Source: Terriglobia bacterium (GTDB taxonomy: Bacteria > Acidobacteriota > Terriglobia > Bryobacterales > Bryobacteraceae). Taken from it: a DNA stretch of 64,000 nucleotides. Location: positions 506,547-570,546 of the forward strand of contig CAWHVO010000002.1 of assembly GCA_963832905.1 (NCBI GenBank), given 5' to 3'. Shown here in pieces: positions 46,224 to 55,583 of this stretch (positions are counted from its first letter, which is position 1; each line of letters opens with the position of its first letter). The notes under the pieces are model-generated. The model did no database searches. It was not told the DNA's origin and saw only the letters and a program-made list of their open reading frames with translations. Both the position numbers and the translations under genes were made by a program.

Positions 46224-47666
46224 TCATGCTGCTCGGCTCCGATTCTCGCGCATGTAGAACAGGCTGAGCCGCGGCAGACCAACCCGCTCGAATAGTAGCT
46301 TCGAATAGTTCTGGCGTTCGAGCATGTCGATTTGCGCTGCCGTCATCTTGGCGCGGAACCTGGCAAGGTTCGCATTGATCTCCCCCTGGATCTGCGAAGT
46401 GTCTTCCGCACTCAGGCGAGCTTGCGCAAGCTCAGTCATGCGTTCTTCGAGCGCGCTCAGGCGCTGTTCCAGCGGTTCGAGGTCAACATCGGCATTAGCC
46501 GCCAGGGCGTCGAGTTCCATCGCAATTTCTTCGTAGCCTTCAGGCTGTCGCAGTTGCTTCGCGCAGCCCGCCAAGTAAGACCGCACATCGCTGGCAACGT
46601 TCCCGGCATTCACGGCGGAGGTGCCCCGCTCCTCCTCGAAGAACGAAGCGCTCCGTCGGGCGCGTCTTGCCCAATGGTTAAGGTCGGCGGGGTCGCTGAT
46701 GGCATTGATCAGCAACTGGACGCTGTAGACCGGATCGCTTTGGTTCCGCTTGTCGATGAGTTTTTCCACAACGAACCCGATGATGCCCACGGTCGTCAAG
46801 CCCTGTTTCCGGCCAGCCGCAATCAACTGCCGAACCTGGTTGGGCCGGTGCCTGACGCAGTATTGCTTCAGTAAATCCCGAAGCTCCGAGGCACCCTCTA
46901 AATCAGCACCGCCTCCGGGCGCAGCAACGCCATCAACGACAGCGGCGGCGGCGGGCGGGGCGACGGCCCCGACGGCACCACCATCGAGGCGCGGAGGGGA
47001 GCACTGTGTCGCTTGGCGGACGCTCTTCCTCGAAGGAGCGGAGGCCATTGGTTTGCGCCTGCCGCACTCAGGGGTTTTCGTCTCGGTTGGCGAATGGGCA
47101 GCAGCTTGCTGCTTGCTTATTTCCTTTTTAGAGCTTTCATATAAAGGATGCAACCGCAAACGGGTTGCATTGGTGTGACCTTTTTGGGTTGCATGGTTGC
47201 AACTCTTTTCAAAACATTGGCGCAATTCCGGTAGCAGGGATGCGACCCTTTCGTGATCGGTCCAGACTTCGTCATCCCATACCGGTGACCAAGAAAATAT
47301 CAGCAGTGTCGCGCTGGCCTTAAAGGGGTTTGGCCGACGTTTTGCGAACCCGAGCGCCGTCCACTGCTCGTAATCGCGCGTGATCGTCGTCTTGTGCACA
47401 TGCCAGCGAGCCGCCCAACTCGTCCGCTTCCACCACACATGCCCGTTCTTCCAGCCCTTACGGATTGCGTCAATCAAGCGTAGGGCTGATCCGTTGCTTA
47501 TCCGTTCGCCGGCGGCGGCAGCGAGAACGTCGCCGACCAGGCTATGCTGCCGGCAGAGGCGATGCTCCTTCGATCCCGTAACACTTGGGCGACTTGGTGC
47601 GGGCGATGGAGAAAACGGGTTAGGCACGGAGGCCCTCCGTCCCCGGGGAAACGGTGCCGACGCCAT
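46224..47666 (-). CDS. putative replication/HTH protein of an integrative element
   Basis: 480 aa. N-terminal winged-helix-like segment (WAARWHVHKTTITRDYEQWTALGFAKR), an Ala/Gly-rich linker and a helical C-domain. Confidence 0.6.
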   Translation of the reverse strand: MASAPFPRGRRASVPNPFSPSPAPSRPSVTGSKEHRLCRQHSLVGDVLAAAAGERISNGSALRLIDAIRKGWKNGHVWWKRTSWAARWHVHKTTITRDYEQWTALGFAKRRPNPFKASATLLIFSWSPVWDDEVWTDHERVASLLPELRQCFEKSCNHATQKGHTNATRLRLHPLYESSKKEISKQQAAAHSPTETKTPECGRRKPMASAPSRKSVRQATQCSPPRLDGGAVGAVAPPAAAAVVDGVAAPGGGADLEGASELRDLLKQYCVRHRPNQVRQLIAAGRKQGLTTVGIIGFVVEKLIDKRNQSDPVYSVQLLINAISDPADLNHWARRARRSASFFEEERGTSAVNAGNVASDVRSYLAGCAKQLRQPEGYEEIAMELDALAANADVDLEPLEQRLSALEERMTELAQARLSAEDTSQIQGEINANLARFRAKMTAAQIDMLERQNYSKLLFERVGLPRLSLFYMRENRSRAA

Positions 47667-47712
47667 GCGCTAGGTTATTCAGGGGCTGTAAGTTGCTGAA
47701 ATCACTGAAATG

Positions 47713-47744
47713 AGTTCGAAACGTGTCCAGTGTGGGGAGCCAAA
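47713..47744. repeat. 32-bp perfect direct repeat, copy 1
   Basis: agttcgaaacgtgtccagtgtggggagccaaa is identical to 50132-50163. The flanking sequences are unrelated. Confidence 0.95.
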
Positions 47745-47872
47745 TAAAATCGCTATTTGCGCAGTTCGCCCTTTGTCTTCTTGAGCTTGCCAGTTCGAGC
47801 GCTCGATGACACCCCAGTGGGGACTCGAACTCCTCAGGACTCGGCGGCCATCTTGTCCTGCGGAGCCTACAT

Positions 47873-48319
47873 CTACGGGCGCACCGCGACGCGAAGTAAC
47901 GGCAGCATTTCCGTGGGGAAGCCCATTCGCGATGCTAAAGCCTGCACCGTCTCCCGAATGTAGGGCCATGCCGCAATCGCTGGATAGCTCTTTGAAAAGG
48001 CGCTGAGTTCGGTCTTCGACGCAGACTTGGCCAGATCGAAAAACCGGTAGCGAACCAGAAATGTCGTTTGAATATGAAAGGTCAGTTCATCTTCGCAGGC
48101 AACTCGCAGCGTTACCGTGAAATCTATGTCAGAGCCGTTCACGTGGGACACTTCGGAATCCAGGTCTGCGGTGAGGGGAACCGGGTCGACCGCAGCATTG
48201 GGTGGGCCCGCGCCTTTCGCTTCGCACTCGTATAGTGCGATGTCCTTCAAGTGCAGCCGTGCCTGAAGAGCCTCGGCTTGCTTTGCTTCGCGCGTGCTTA
48301 ATTGTATTGTGAAGTTCAT
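47873..48319 (-). CDS. SecB-like chaperone (third gene of a TAC module)
   Basis: 148 aa from ATG 48319, 4 nt after the antitoxin stop. DFTVTLRVACEDELTFHIQTTFLVRYRF...YPAIAAWPYIRETVQALASRMGFP lines up with E. coli SecB YEVVLRVTV...AFLCEVQQGGIF...[23 protein letters not shown]. Confidence 0.7.
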   Translation of the reverse strand: MNFTIQLSTREAKQAEALQARLHLKDIALYECEAKGAGPPNAAVDPVPLTADLDSEVSHVNGSDIDFTVTLRVACEDELTFHIQTTFLVRYRFFDLAKSASKTELSAFSKSYPAIAAWPYIRETVQALASRMGFPTEMLPLLRVAVRP

Positions 48320-48323
48320 GGCA

Positions 48324-48716
48324 TTACGCCGCCTTGAGTTGTGCGCCCGGCACGGGCTGATCCTTTGCGTACCGACCCCAACACCAGCCTCTACCCGATT
48401 GCAGGCGCTGTTCGGTGAGCAGGTGGGCGGAAGCGCGAGGTATCGTCGCAAAGCTGACGATCAAACGCGATCCGGTCGCTTTCGCGAGCCGATGCAGCGT
48501 GCGCATCGACGGGCGCGCTCGCCCGCCTTCCAGTCGGGCGACTACGGGCTGCGTCGTCCCCATCTTTCGGGCCAGTGCTTCCTGGGTAAGGCCGGCGCGG
48601 CTCCGGAGATCCATCGCCGCCGAAGCCAGGACGAACTCTTCCTCAAGCGCCACGTATGCTTTCCGGTACCCCGGCTCCCTCATCCACTTTTTGTGCAAGT
48701 CAGATATGCGTGCCAT
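48324..48716 (-). CDS. higA: HigA-type XRE antitoxin with C-terminal extension
   Basis: HTH segment LTQEALARKMGTTQPVVARLEGG, plus a tail of about 35 aa beyond the HTH domain. Confidence 0.8.
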   Translation of the reverse strand: MARISDLHKKWMREPGYRKAYVALEEEFVLASAAMDLRSRAGLTQEALARKMGTTQPVVARLEGGRARPSMRTLHRLAKATGSRLIVSFATIPRASAHLLTEQRLQSGRGWCWGRYAKDQPVPGAQLKAA

Positions 48717-48730
48717 TTGTTAAACCTCCA

Positions 48731-49054
48731 TCATTGAATCGACTTCGCGCGGGACAAGGCCAGACTGATCTCGCTCCGCGGCGTTTTCTGCGTCTTCTTC
48801 ACGAATACCCGCACGATCACCACGCGCCAACCCGAGGCTGTCACGTATAGCGCGCGCGAAACTCCGCTGCGGCCTTTCAGCCGCATCTCCCACAGACGAC
48901 CTTCCAAATGCTTAACATGCGGATCTCCCACACGCTCCAAACCTTTTTCCTCGATGAGCTTCGCTATACGCGCGAGCCTCGCCCGCATGTCTTCGGGCAA
49001 AGCCCCGACCTCCTTCTCGACGGTTTCATCCAGGGTCTCGACCGCCCAGCCCAT
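48731..49054 (-). CDS. higB: HigB / Gp49-like (RelE superfamily) toxin
   Basis: 107 aa from ATG 49054. HLEGRLWEMRLKGRSGVSRALYVTASGWRVVIVRVFVKKTQKTPRSEISLA is the Gp49/DUF891 signature. Confidence 0.8.
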   Translation of the reverse strand: MGWAVETLDETVEKEVGALPEDMRARLARIAKLIEEKGLERVGDPHVKHLEGRLWEMRLKGRSGVSRALYVTASGWRVVIVRVFVKKTQKTPRSEISLALSRAKSIQ

Positions 49055-49157
49055 TGTGTTCACTATACCAAAAAAGGTATTACCGGAAGGTACCCCCCAG
49101 ACCAGTCTGGCGAGCAAGGCCAACTGAGCGTATGTAATCACCGATGGCCTTATAATT

Positions 49158-49985
49158 GTGGTCGGCCTTAAAAGCAAACGTTGTAAGCCCGAGGACGAAG
49201 TGGTGACGAACGATCAAACGAAGAACTTTGGCGAGACCGCCAAGTCGCTGGCACGTAATCCGCTCGGCATCATCGCCCTATTCATCGTTATGGTCTACGG
49301 GTTCGCCTCGCTTGTCACCGCGTTTGCGGGAACGTTCACGGCAGGGGAGCGGCTTCCTCTTATCTACTTCCTGATCTGTTTTCCTGTCCTCGTGCTCTGC
49401 GTATTCGCGTGGCTCGTCAGCAGACACAGTGGCAAGCTCTTCGCCCCGAGCGATTTTAGGAACGAGGACAATTACGTCAAGATGCAGATGTCTGTCGTCG
49501 CGTCGCTCACCGCAGCAACTGCCAAGAGCGACACTCCGGCATCTGAAGCGGAGCTGCACAGAATTGTCGAGGTGGTTCGAGCTGCCAGTCAGGCGACGGC
49601 CGGCGGCGACGGGTGGAGAAACCAAATTCTCTGGGTTGATGATCGCCCAGCAAACAATGGGTATGAAAGACAAGCTTTCGAAGGCGTGGGCCTCCGCTTT
49701 ACCTTGGCGCTGTCTACCGACGAGGCGTTCGAGCGGCTCTCACAGAACAAGTATGCAGCGATCATATCGGACATGGGGCGCCGTGAGGGGCCGAGAGAAG
49801 GGTACGCGTTGCTCGACCGTTTGCGGCGGCAAGGGGACCGTACGCCGCTGTTTTTCTATGCCTCTTCCAACGCGCCCGAGCATAAGCGGGAGACCCAAGA
49901 GCACGGCGGGCAAGGCTGCACCAATAACGCTCAAGAACTGTTCGAGATGGTCACCAGAGCTGTTATTGGGAGACAAATCGCATGA
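49158..49985 (+). CDS. membrane-anchored receiver (REC)-like domain protein
   Basis: Two TM segments, then ILWVDDRPANNGYERQAFEGVGLRFTLALSTDEAFERLSQNKYAAIISDMGR...GYALLDRLRRQGDRTPLFFY (DD...D pattern of CheY-like receivers). GTG start; the start is uncertain. Confidence 0.65.
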   Translation: MVGLKSKRCKPEDEVVTNDQTKNFGETAKSLARNPLGIIALFIVMVYGFASLVTAFAGTFTAGERLPLIYFLICFPVLVLCVFAWLVSRHSGKLFAPSDFRNEDNYVKMQMSVVASLTAATAKSDTPASEAELHRIVEVVRAASQATAGGDGWRNQILWVDDRPANNGYERQAFEGVGLRFTLALSTDEAFERLSQNKYAAIISDMGRREGPREGYALLDRLRRQGDRTPLFFYASSNAPEHKRETQEHGGQGCTNNAQELFEMVTRAVIGRQIA

Positions 49986-50131
49986 CGGCGGTCGCTGGTT
50001 CATGAAAATGACGGGTTCGAGACGTATCCGATCTGGGTCCCTGTAACGGACGATGATCGGTGTTCGGCGGCTATCCTCCTGAAAACACTGCCCGCTGAGA
50101 GGTTCGATCACAGTGCCAGTTGGCCTGCGAA

Positions 50132-50163
50132 AGTTCGAAACGTGTCCAGTGTGGGGAGCCAAA
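50132..50163. repeat. 32-bp perfect direct repeat, copy 2
   Basis: Identical to 47713-47744. Confidence 0.95.
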
Positions 50164-50295
50164 CGATTCCGACATCGCGTTTCTCTGCGGTCTTCCGATT
50201 TACATGGAATGCGGCGTCCTATTGGTGAAAATGAGCCATACTACATTGCTTGATTCTTAGTGGACCTGTAGGTCGGCTTTGTCAGAGAAGCCCTC

Positions 50296-50559
50296 GTGTC
50301 CATGATGATTGGCGAGATCAATTGCAAGAGGCCTTCCGCTGCCGTTGATCCGCGGCTGCCGCCGCCGGGAACATACCTGGAGCGGGAGTACAAGGGACGC
50401 CGGGTCATCGTAAAGGTCCTTGCTAAAGGGTTCGAATTCGAAAGCGAGATCTACCGCTCCCTCAGTGCAATCGCCCACAAGGTGACCGGAACGAAGTGGA
50501 ACGGCTTCCTCTTCTTCAACCTGACGTCCACGGAGGAAAAGGCAAATGGCAAAGCGTAG
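50296..50559 (+). CDS. DUF2924-like recombinase accessory protein, probably 5'-truncated
   Basis: PPPGTYLEREYKGRRVIVKVLAKGFEFESEIYRSLSAIAHKVTGTKWNGFLFFNL is the C-terminal DUF2924 signature. The usual N-terminal half is missing. Confidence 0.65.
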   Translation: MSMMIGEINCKRPSAAVDPRLPPPGTYLEREYKGRRVIVKVLAKGFEFESEIYRSLSAIAHKVTGTKWNGFLFFNLTSTEEKANGKA

Positions 50560-51298
50560 CGTGTCGCGGGCTCCAGCGAAAACTCAGGACGGGCAGGGCG
50601 GCGCGAAGACCGTTCGCCGCGCAATCTACACGCGTAAATCGACGGAAGAGGGACTCGATCAGGAGTTCAACTCCCTGGATGCCCAGCGGGAAGCATCCGA
50701 AGCCTTCATCGAGAGCCAGAAGCACGAAGGCTGGCAGGTGATCGCCGACCATTTCTACGACGGCGGCTACACGGGCGGCAATATGGATCGCCCGGCGCTG
50801 ACGCGGCTGCTGGCAGCCGTCGAGGCGGGGGGCATCGACTGCATCGTTGTATATAAGGTGGACCGGCTCAGTCGCTCCCTGCTCGACTTCGCTAGGATCA
50901 TCGAGATCCTCGATCAGAACGGCGTGAGCTTCGTGTCCGTGACTCAGCAATTCAATACGACGAGTTCAGTCGGCCGCCTAACGTTGAACATGCTTCTGTC
51001 GTTCGCGCAGTTCGAGCGCGAGATCATTTCGGAGCGCACACGCGACAGGATGTCGGCGGCGCGGCGGAAGGGCAAGTGGATCGGCGGGCACCCGGTGCTC
51101 GGGTACGACATCGATTCCAAGGGCGGGCGGATCGTCGTTAATCCCGCCGAAGCCGAGCAGGTCCGAACCATCTTTGGGCTGTACATGAAGAAGGGATCGA
51201 CACTGCCGGTTCTTCAGGAAACCCAGCGGATCGGTCTCGTGAGCAAACACTGGACCACCGAGGACGGCATGCGTCGAGAAAGCGGGCCTTATCCTTGA
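50546..51298 (+). pseudogene. large serine recombinase, truncated after about 250 aa
   Basis: AIYTRKSTEEGLDQEFNSLDAQ, VVYKVDRLSRS, and the start of the recombinase domain. The zinc ribbon and coiled coil are missing. It collides with the hsdM 3' end near 51270-51295. Confidence 0.8.
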
Positions 51299-52122
51299 CG
51301 GTCATTTCGTAACGCAGCCGTAGTGGCCGCTCGACGGTCACGCGGGTGTAGCCGAAGTCCGAGTTTCTGAAGATCTTCGACGTGGGGGCATCGCTGAAGC
51401 GGCCGTAAAGCTTCACGACGTCAGCGATTTGGTCCGGTTCGCCGTCCTTGCCCTCCCCAATCTTTCGCCGCTTATCTCCGAGACTGCGGCGCAATGGGAC
51501 ATAGCACTCGCGGACATCGATGAGATGGATCTTGCTCTTGCGGCGCTTCTCCTTCCGGTTGGTAACGATCCAGACGTAGGTTCCGATGCCGGTGTTGTAG
51601 AACATCTGTTCGGGGAGGGCGATGACAGCCTCCAGCCAGTCGTTCTCAATGATCCACTTGCGGATGTCACTTTCACCAGAGCCCGCGCCGCCGGTAAACA
51701 GGGGTGAGCCACTGAAGACGATGGCGAGGCGCGAACCGTACTTCTGATGTTCAGGCGCGACCCGTTCAAACTTGCTGATCATGTGCTGGAGAAACAGAAG
51801 CGAACCGTCGTTAACGCGCGGAAGTCCGGCACCGAAGCGTCCGTCAAAGCCTCGCTTGTCATGCTCCTGCTGGATTTCCTTTTGCTGCTTCTTCCAATCC
51901 ACGCCGAAGGGGGGATTGGAAAGAAAGTAGTCGAACGTTTCTCCCTGAAATCGATCCTCGGTGAAGCTGTCGCCCAGGCGGACATTGTCGCCACTTCCGT
52001 TGTGGTCCACTTGTTTGATGAGCATGTCCGAGGCAGCGGTAGCGAAGGCCCGCTTGTTGTAGTCCTGTCCATAAGCGTAGAGTTTTGCTTCGGGATGGTG
52101 CTCTCGTAGGTAGCGCTGCGCC
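51270..52122 (-). pseudogene. hsdM: type I R-M methyltransferase HsdM, 3' portion (split by IS66 copy 2, also 3'-truncated)
   Basis: ...YLREHHPEAKLYAYGQDYNKRAFATAASDMLIK...FDYFLSNPPFGVDW (NPPF)...LFLQHMISKF. Confidence 0.85.
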
Positions 52123-53742
52123 GTAACAGTTCAGGTGGTTGATGCTGGTTTGAGCAGTGAGGGGACGGCCAGCCCTGTTCGGTATGAGCGTAACGCAGTC
52201 GCAAGATAATGCAGCGGAACTCGATTCTGCATGCGGCAGGTGCGAGCCACTGTGAGCAGGCGCGCAACCGCGATTTCGCCTTGAGGGCTGCGGCTACCGA
52301 AACTGATCTTGCGCCATTGCACGGCGCATCGAAGCGCGCGCTCCGCGACGTTATTGGTCGGCTCGACACCCTCATGGCGTAGAAAGGCGAAAAACCTTTC
52401 AAAGTGCTGCAGCAGCGCCCGCGCGAGATTCGCCACGTCTTTGTCGCGGCTATCAAGATAGCGGTCCGCCAGGGCGAAGAACTTCTTCTCCAGCGGAATC
52501 GACTTTGCAATCAACTGATCGCGTGTAAGGGGACCGTATCGAACGCCAGGTCCGTCGCGGAAACGATGCCACAGCCGGAACAACCGGGCATGCAGGGCCA
52601 GAGCGTCGCGGCAGAAGCGTTCCGCGTCGCTGGTCTTGCCGATTTCCAGTACGCCGAGGATATTTCGTTTGAAATGAGCCCAACAGAACTGGCCGACGCC
52701 TTTGTGGTACTTCAGGTAAGTGGGACAGCGGTCGCTGCAGAGAATGCCGGCGTATATTTCGCCCAGTAATTGCACCAGCACCTCGGCTCCGCGCGATGCG
52801 GCGATCCTGTAAAAGACGAAGCTCGTCGCCACCAGAGCCCACAGCCAGCGCTTTTCGCCGCTGGTCCGGTATCCGGTTTCATCGCTGTTGACGACCGGCT
52901 CGTTGGGCAGTTGCCGCTCCAGTTCCGCACAGGGGTCGGCGACCGCGTCGCTGACCTCTTCCCAACTGTTCTGAATACTGCCCAGACTGAGTGGGATGCC
53001 CAGAACCTGTTCCAGTAGTTCATGCACCACGCGGCGCGGCATTCGACAGACCACGGTCAGATAGGCAATGAGGGCGGTCAACTGCGCTCCGAAATGACGC
53101 CGTGCTTGCGGTGGCAGTTCGGCCTGGGTTGCCTTGCCGCATTCCGGACAGACGAGGCGGTGGCATTGATACTCGGTGACATGAGCTTTAATCGGCGGCA
53201 GTTCGGTCACCTGATGGCGACGCGGGTCGCCCTCGGTGGGCATCCCCGACGACAAACGGTGATCGCAATGGCGGCACCTGGTGGGGAACACCTTTTTCAA
53301 TTCATCGACGCGACTCAAAGGCGCCAGTCCGCGCCAGCGTCCATGATGTCCAGGCTGGCCGCCCGGCTTGCGCAGGCTCTTCTTTCGCCGACTACCCCGC
53401 GACCGCTGCTCGCCCGCCATTCCATCTGAAGAGGGCGGTTTGGATGATGTCGTGGAGTTTTGCTGTCGAAGCGCCAGTTTACGTTCCAGATCGGCGATTT
53501 GCTTTTCCGCATCGGCGATCCTCTTATCGCGCTCGATCAATTCCTCGCGCAGCCTCTCGATCTCGCGGATTAAGCGCTTCTCACGCTCCAATTGCTCCGG
53601 GTTGACCGGTCGTTCTCGCGGCGACTGGCGATGCGATGCCCTCAAACATATACACTGCCAGGTTTTGGACCCAATATCCAGGTCCAAACGGCAGATTCTT
53701 AAAGATTTCCGTATCGCGACTTATACAGGCCTGAACTGTTAC
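52123..53742 (-). mobile_element. IS66-family IS, copy 2 (inverted relative to copy 1)
   Basis: Identical 1620 bp, flanked by a perfect 8-bp target duplication GCTGCGCC (52115-52122 and 53743-53750). Confidence 0.95.
52131..53687 (-). CDS. IS66-family transposase
   Basis: The 518-aa product is identical to 23976..25532. Confidence 0.92.
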   Translation of the reverse strand: MDLDIGSKTWQCICLRASHRQSPRERPVNPEQLEREKRLIREIERLREELIERDKRIADAEKQIADLERKLALRQQNSTTSSKPPSSDGMAGEQRSRGSRRKKSLRKPGGQPGHHGRWRGLAPLSRVDELKKVFPTRCRHCDHRLSSGMPTEGDPRRHQVTELPPIKAHVTEYQCHRLVCPECGKATQAELPPQARRHFGAQLTALIAYLTVVCRMPRRVVHELLEQVLGIPLSLGSIQNSWEEVSDAVADPCAELERQLPNEPVVNSDETGYRTSGEKRWLWALVATSFVFYRIAASRGAEVLVQLLGEIYAGILCSDRCPTYLKYHKGVGQFCWAHFKRNILGVLEIGKTSDAERFCRDALALHARLFRLWHRFRDGPGVRYGPLTRDQLIAKSIPLEKKFFALADRYLDSRDKDVANLARALLQHFERFFAFLRHEGVEPTNNVAERALRCAVQWRKISFGSRSPQGEIAVARLLTVARTCRMQNRVPLHYLATALRSYRTGLAVPSLLKPASTT

Positions 53743-54418
53743 GCTGCGCCTCAGCCAGCATCCCGCCTGTACCGCAAGCGGGGTCCAACAGCTTGCGCAC
53801 AGTTCCGGGAGTGGCCAGCAGCTTGTCATCGTGGATAAAAAGGATGTGGACCATCAGCCGGATGACCTCGCGCGGAGTGAAGTGGTCCCCAGCCGTCTCA
53901 TTGGCCAATTCGTTGAATCGCCGAATGAGATTCTCGAATATCAGCCCCATTTCCTCGTTCGGCACCATGTCAGGGTGGAGGTTCACATCGCAAAACTTGG
54001 AAACAACGAGGTAGAGGATGTTGGCCTCGCGCATTTTTTCGATCTCCGTCTCGAACTCGAAGAAATCGAAGATGGTGCGAACGTTGGCAGAGAACCCTTT
54101 GATGTAGCTGACGATATGCTTCTCGATGTTGTCTGGGTCGCCTTTCAGCTTCTCGAACGTCAGGGGGGAATGATTATGGAATCGCTGTCCGGCCGCCTTG
54201 TTCAGTACCCTGTCCAGCGCGTCGTCGCTGAGTTTCCCGGCCTTTCGCTTCTCGTGCTCGGTGAGGACCTTTGCTTTGGTCGGGGCAAGCACGCAGTCGA
54301 AACGGCGCAGCACCGTCATCGGCAGCATCACCCGCTCGTACTGTGGAGGGCGGTACGGCCCGCGGAGAAGGTCGGCGATCTGCCAAATGAGGTTGGCGTG
54401 TTCCTGGTGGTTCGGCAT
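53743..54418 (-). pseudogene. hsdM: HsdM, 5' portion
   Basis: MPNHQEHANLIWQIADLLRGPYRPPQYERVMLPMTVLRRFD (HsdM N-domain)...FTPREVIRLMV...LLDPACGTGGMLAEAQR. Removing the IS and one TSD copy restores the frame (AEAQR-YLREHH). Confidence 0.9.
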
Positions 54419-54744
54419 GGGTCAGATCGCAAAACCTTATCGGCGCTGGCGCGGCGTGTTCAAGGTTGAGTATACCGTTGAATACCATCGACTTAACGGT
54501 CGGGGCCCTTCCGGCCACGGGGGCGATCAGACCTTCTGTGGGACTCGCCACGACCGAATCGGTCGAAACAGCGCTGCAATGTTCTGTTTTGAGATTCTGC
54601 AAGGAAGACGGGCGAGCATCGCGGCTTCGCAAATCCTGCACAGTTCTGGATGCCTGGACTCCCCAAACCGCTCGCCTTCTCGCGCGACACACGAAGCCTG
54701 AACGCCTGAACGGCAAGAGGGCTTTGTCGAATATAATGGAGTAG

Positions 54745-54936
54745 ATGCCTCCTGTCGAGACGCCGACGTTGCGGGTACCCCGGACCGATCCCCACTTGTC
54801 CGGGGCTGGCGAGCGCGTCAGAGAGGCGGCTGCGGAGTTGGAGAGGCTCGGCATCGCCAATCCCGACGGGACCAGAATCCGCACAGATCTGCCCAAAGAT
54901 ATGCAGCCAGACGCGGATCGCGACTTCGGCGGGTAG
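54745..54936 (+). CDS. putative antitoxin for the downstream P-loop kinase
   Basis: 63 aa, 65 nt upstream of the kinase-like gene. The assignment is by position only. Confidence 0.35.
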   Translation: MPPVETPTLRVPRTDPHLSGAGERVREAAAELERLGIANPDGTRIRTDLPKDMQPDADRDFGG

Positions 54937-55001
54937 CTTTTAGGCGTGCCACCTGACGCCGAACTTCACGGGAACCTCTTCCCCCTTTGCGTGTTCTCTC
55001 T

Positions 55002-55583
55002 ATGCCGCCCAAGATGTTCATCGTCGCCGGTCCGCCCGGCAGCGGAAAATCGACAGCGTTTCCGGTGGCGGCCTTCGGCGTCAACTATTTCAATGCCGAC
55101 GATCACGCCGCAGCGCTGAACAATGGTTCGTATTGCGACATTCCTCGTGACGTCCGGTCCCGCGTGAACGTTCTCTTCGAAGCTTTCGTGCTCGAACACA
55201 TCGACGCGCGAAGCAGCTTCGCGCTTGAAACGACGCTGAGGAGCGCGGTGACGTTCGAGCAGGCTGCATTGGCCCGGCGCGCCGGTTTCGCCGTCGAAAT
55301 GCGCTACCTCTGCCTGCCGAACTTCGAGATTCACCTGGAAAGGATTAAGATGCGGGCGGACCGGGGCGGCCACAGCGCGCCGGAGCCGGTCCTGCGCGGT
55401 ATCTACGAATCCAGCATTGCCAATCTACCCCGCGCCATCCGCGAGATGGATCTGATCTACGTCTATGAGAACGGCGAATGGGGCAAGACTCCAGTGATTC
55501 TGTTGCAGGCCGAGCATGGGGAGGTTGTGTACCGGGCAGAACGTATCCCGCACTGGCTTGCCGGAAGTCTGGCGCGGCTGTGA
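55002..55583 (+). CDS. zeta-toxin-like / COG4185-type P-loop kinase
   Basis: FIVAGPPGSGKST (Walker A)...YFNADD...FALETTLRS...RIKMRADRGGHSAPEPVLRGIY. Confidence 0.75.
   Translation: MPPKMFIVAGPPGSGKSTAFPVAAFGVNYFNADDHAAALNNGSYCDIPRDVRSRVNVLFEAFVLEHIDARSSFALETTLRSAVTFEQAALARRAGFAVEMRYLCLPNFEIHLERIKMRADRGGHSAPEPVLRGIYESSIANLPRAIREMDLIYVYENGEWGKTPVILLQAEHGEVVYRAERIPHWLAGSLARL

Noticed and set aside
47713-47744. Reading the 32-bp direct repeat (…gttcgaaa…gagcca) as a tRNA 3' end
   Set aside because: After the TTCGAAA there are 17 nt instead of 12 before G-CCA. No complementary T-stem or acceptor strand lies upstream in either copy.
47795-47885. tRNA-like string on the minus strand (…cctgaggagttcgagtccccactgggg…)
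   Set aside because: The T-stem halves are not complementary and no acceptor pairing exists. The right part overlaps the SecB-like coding sequence.
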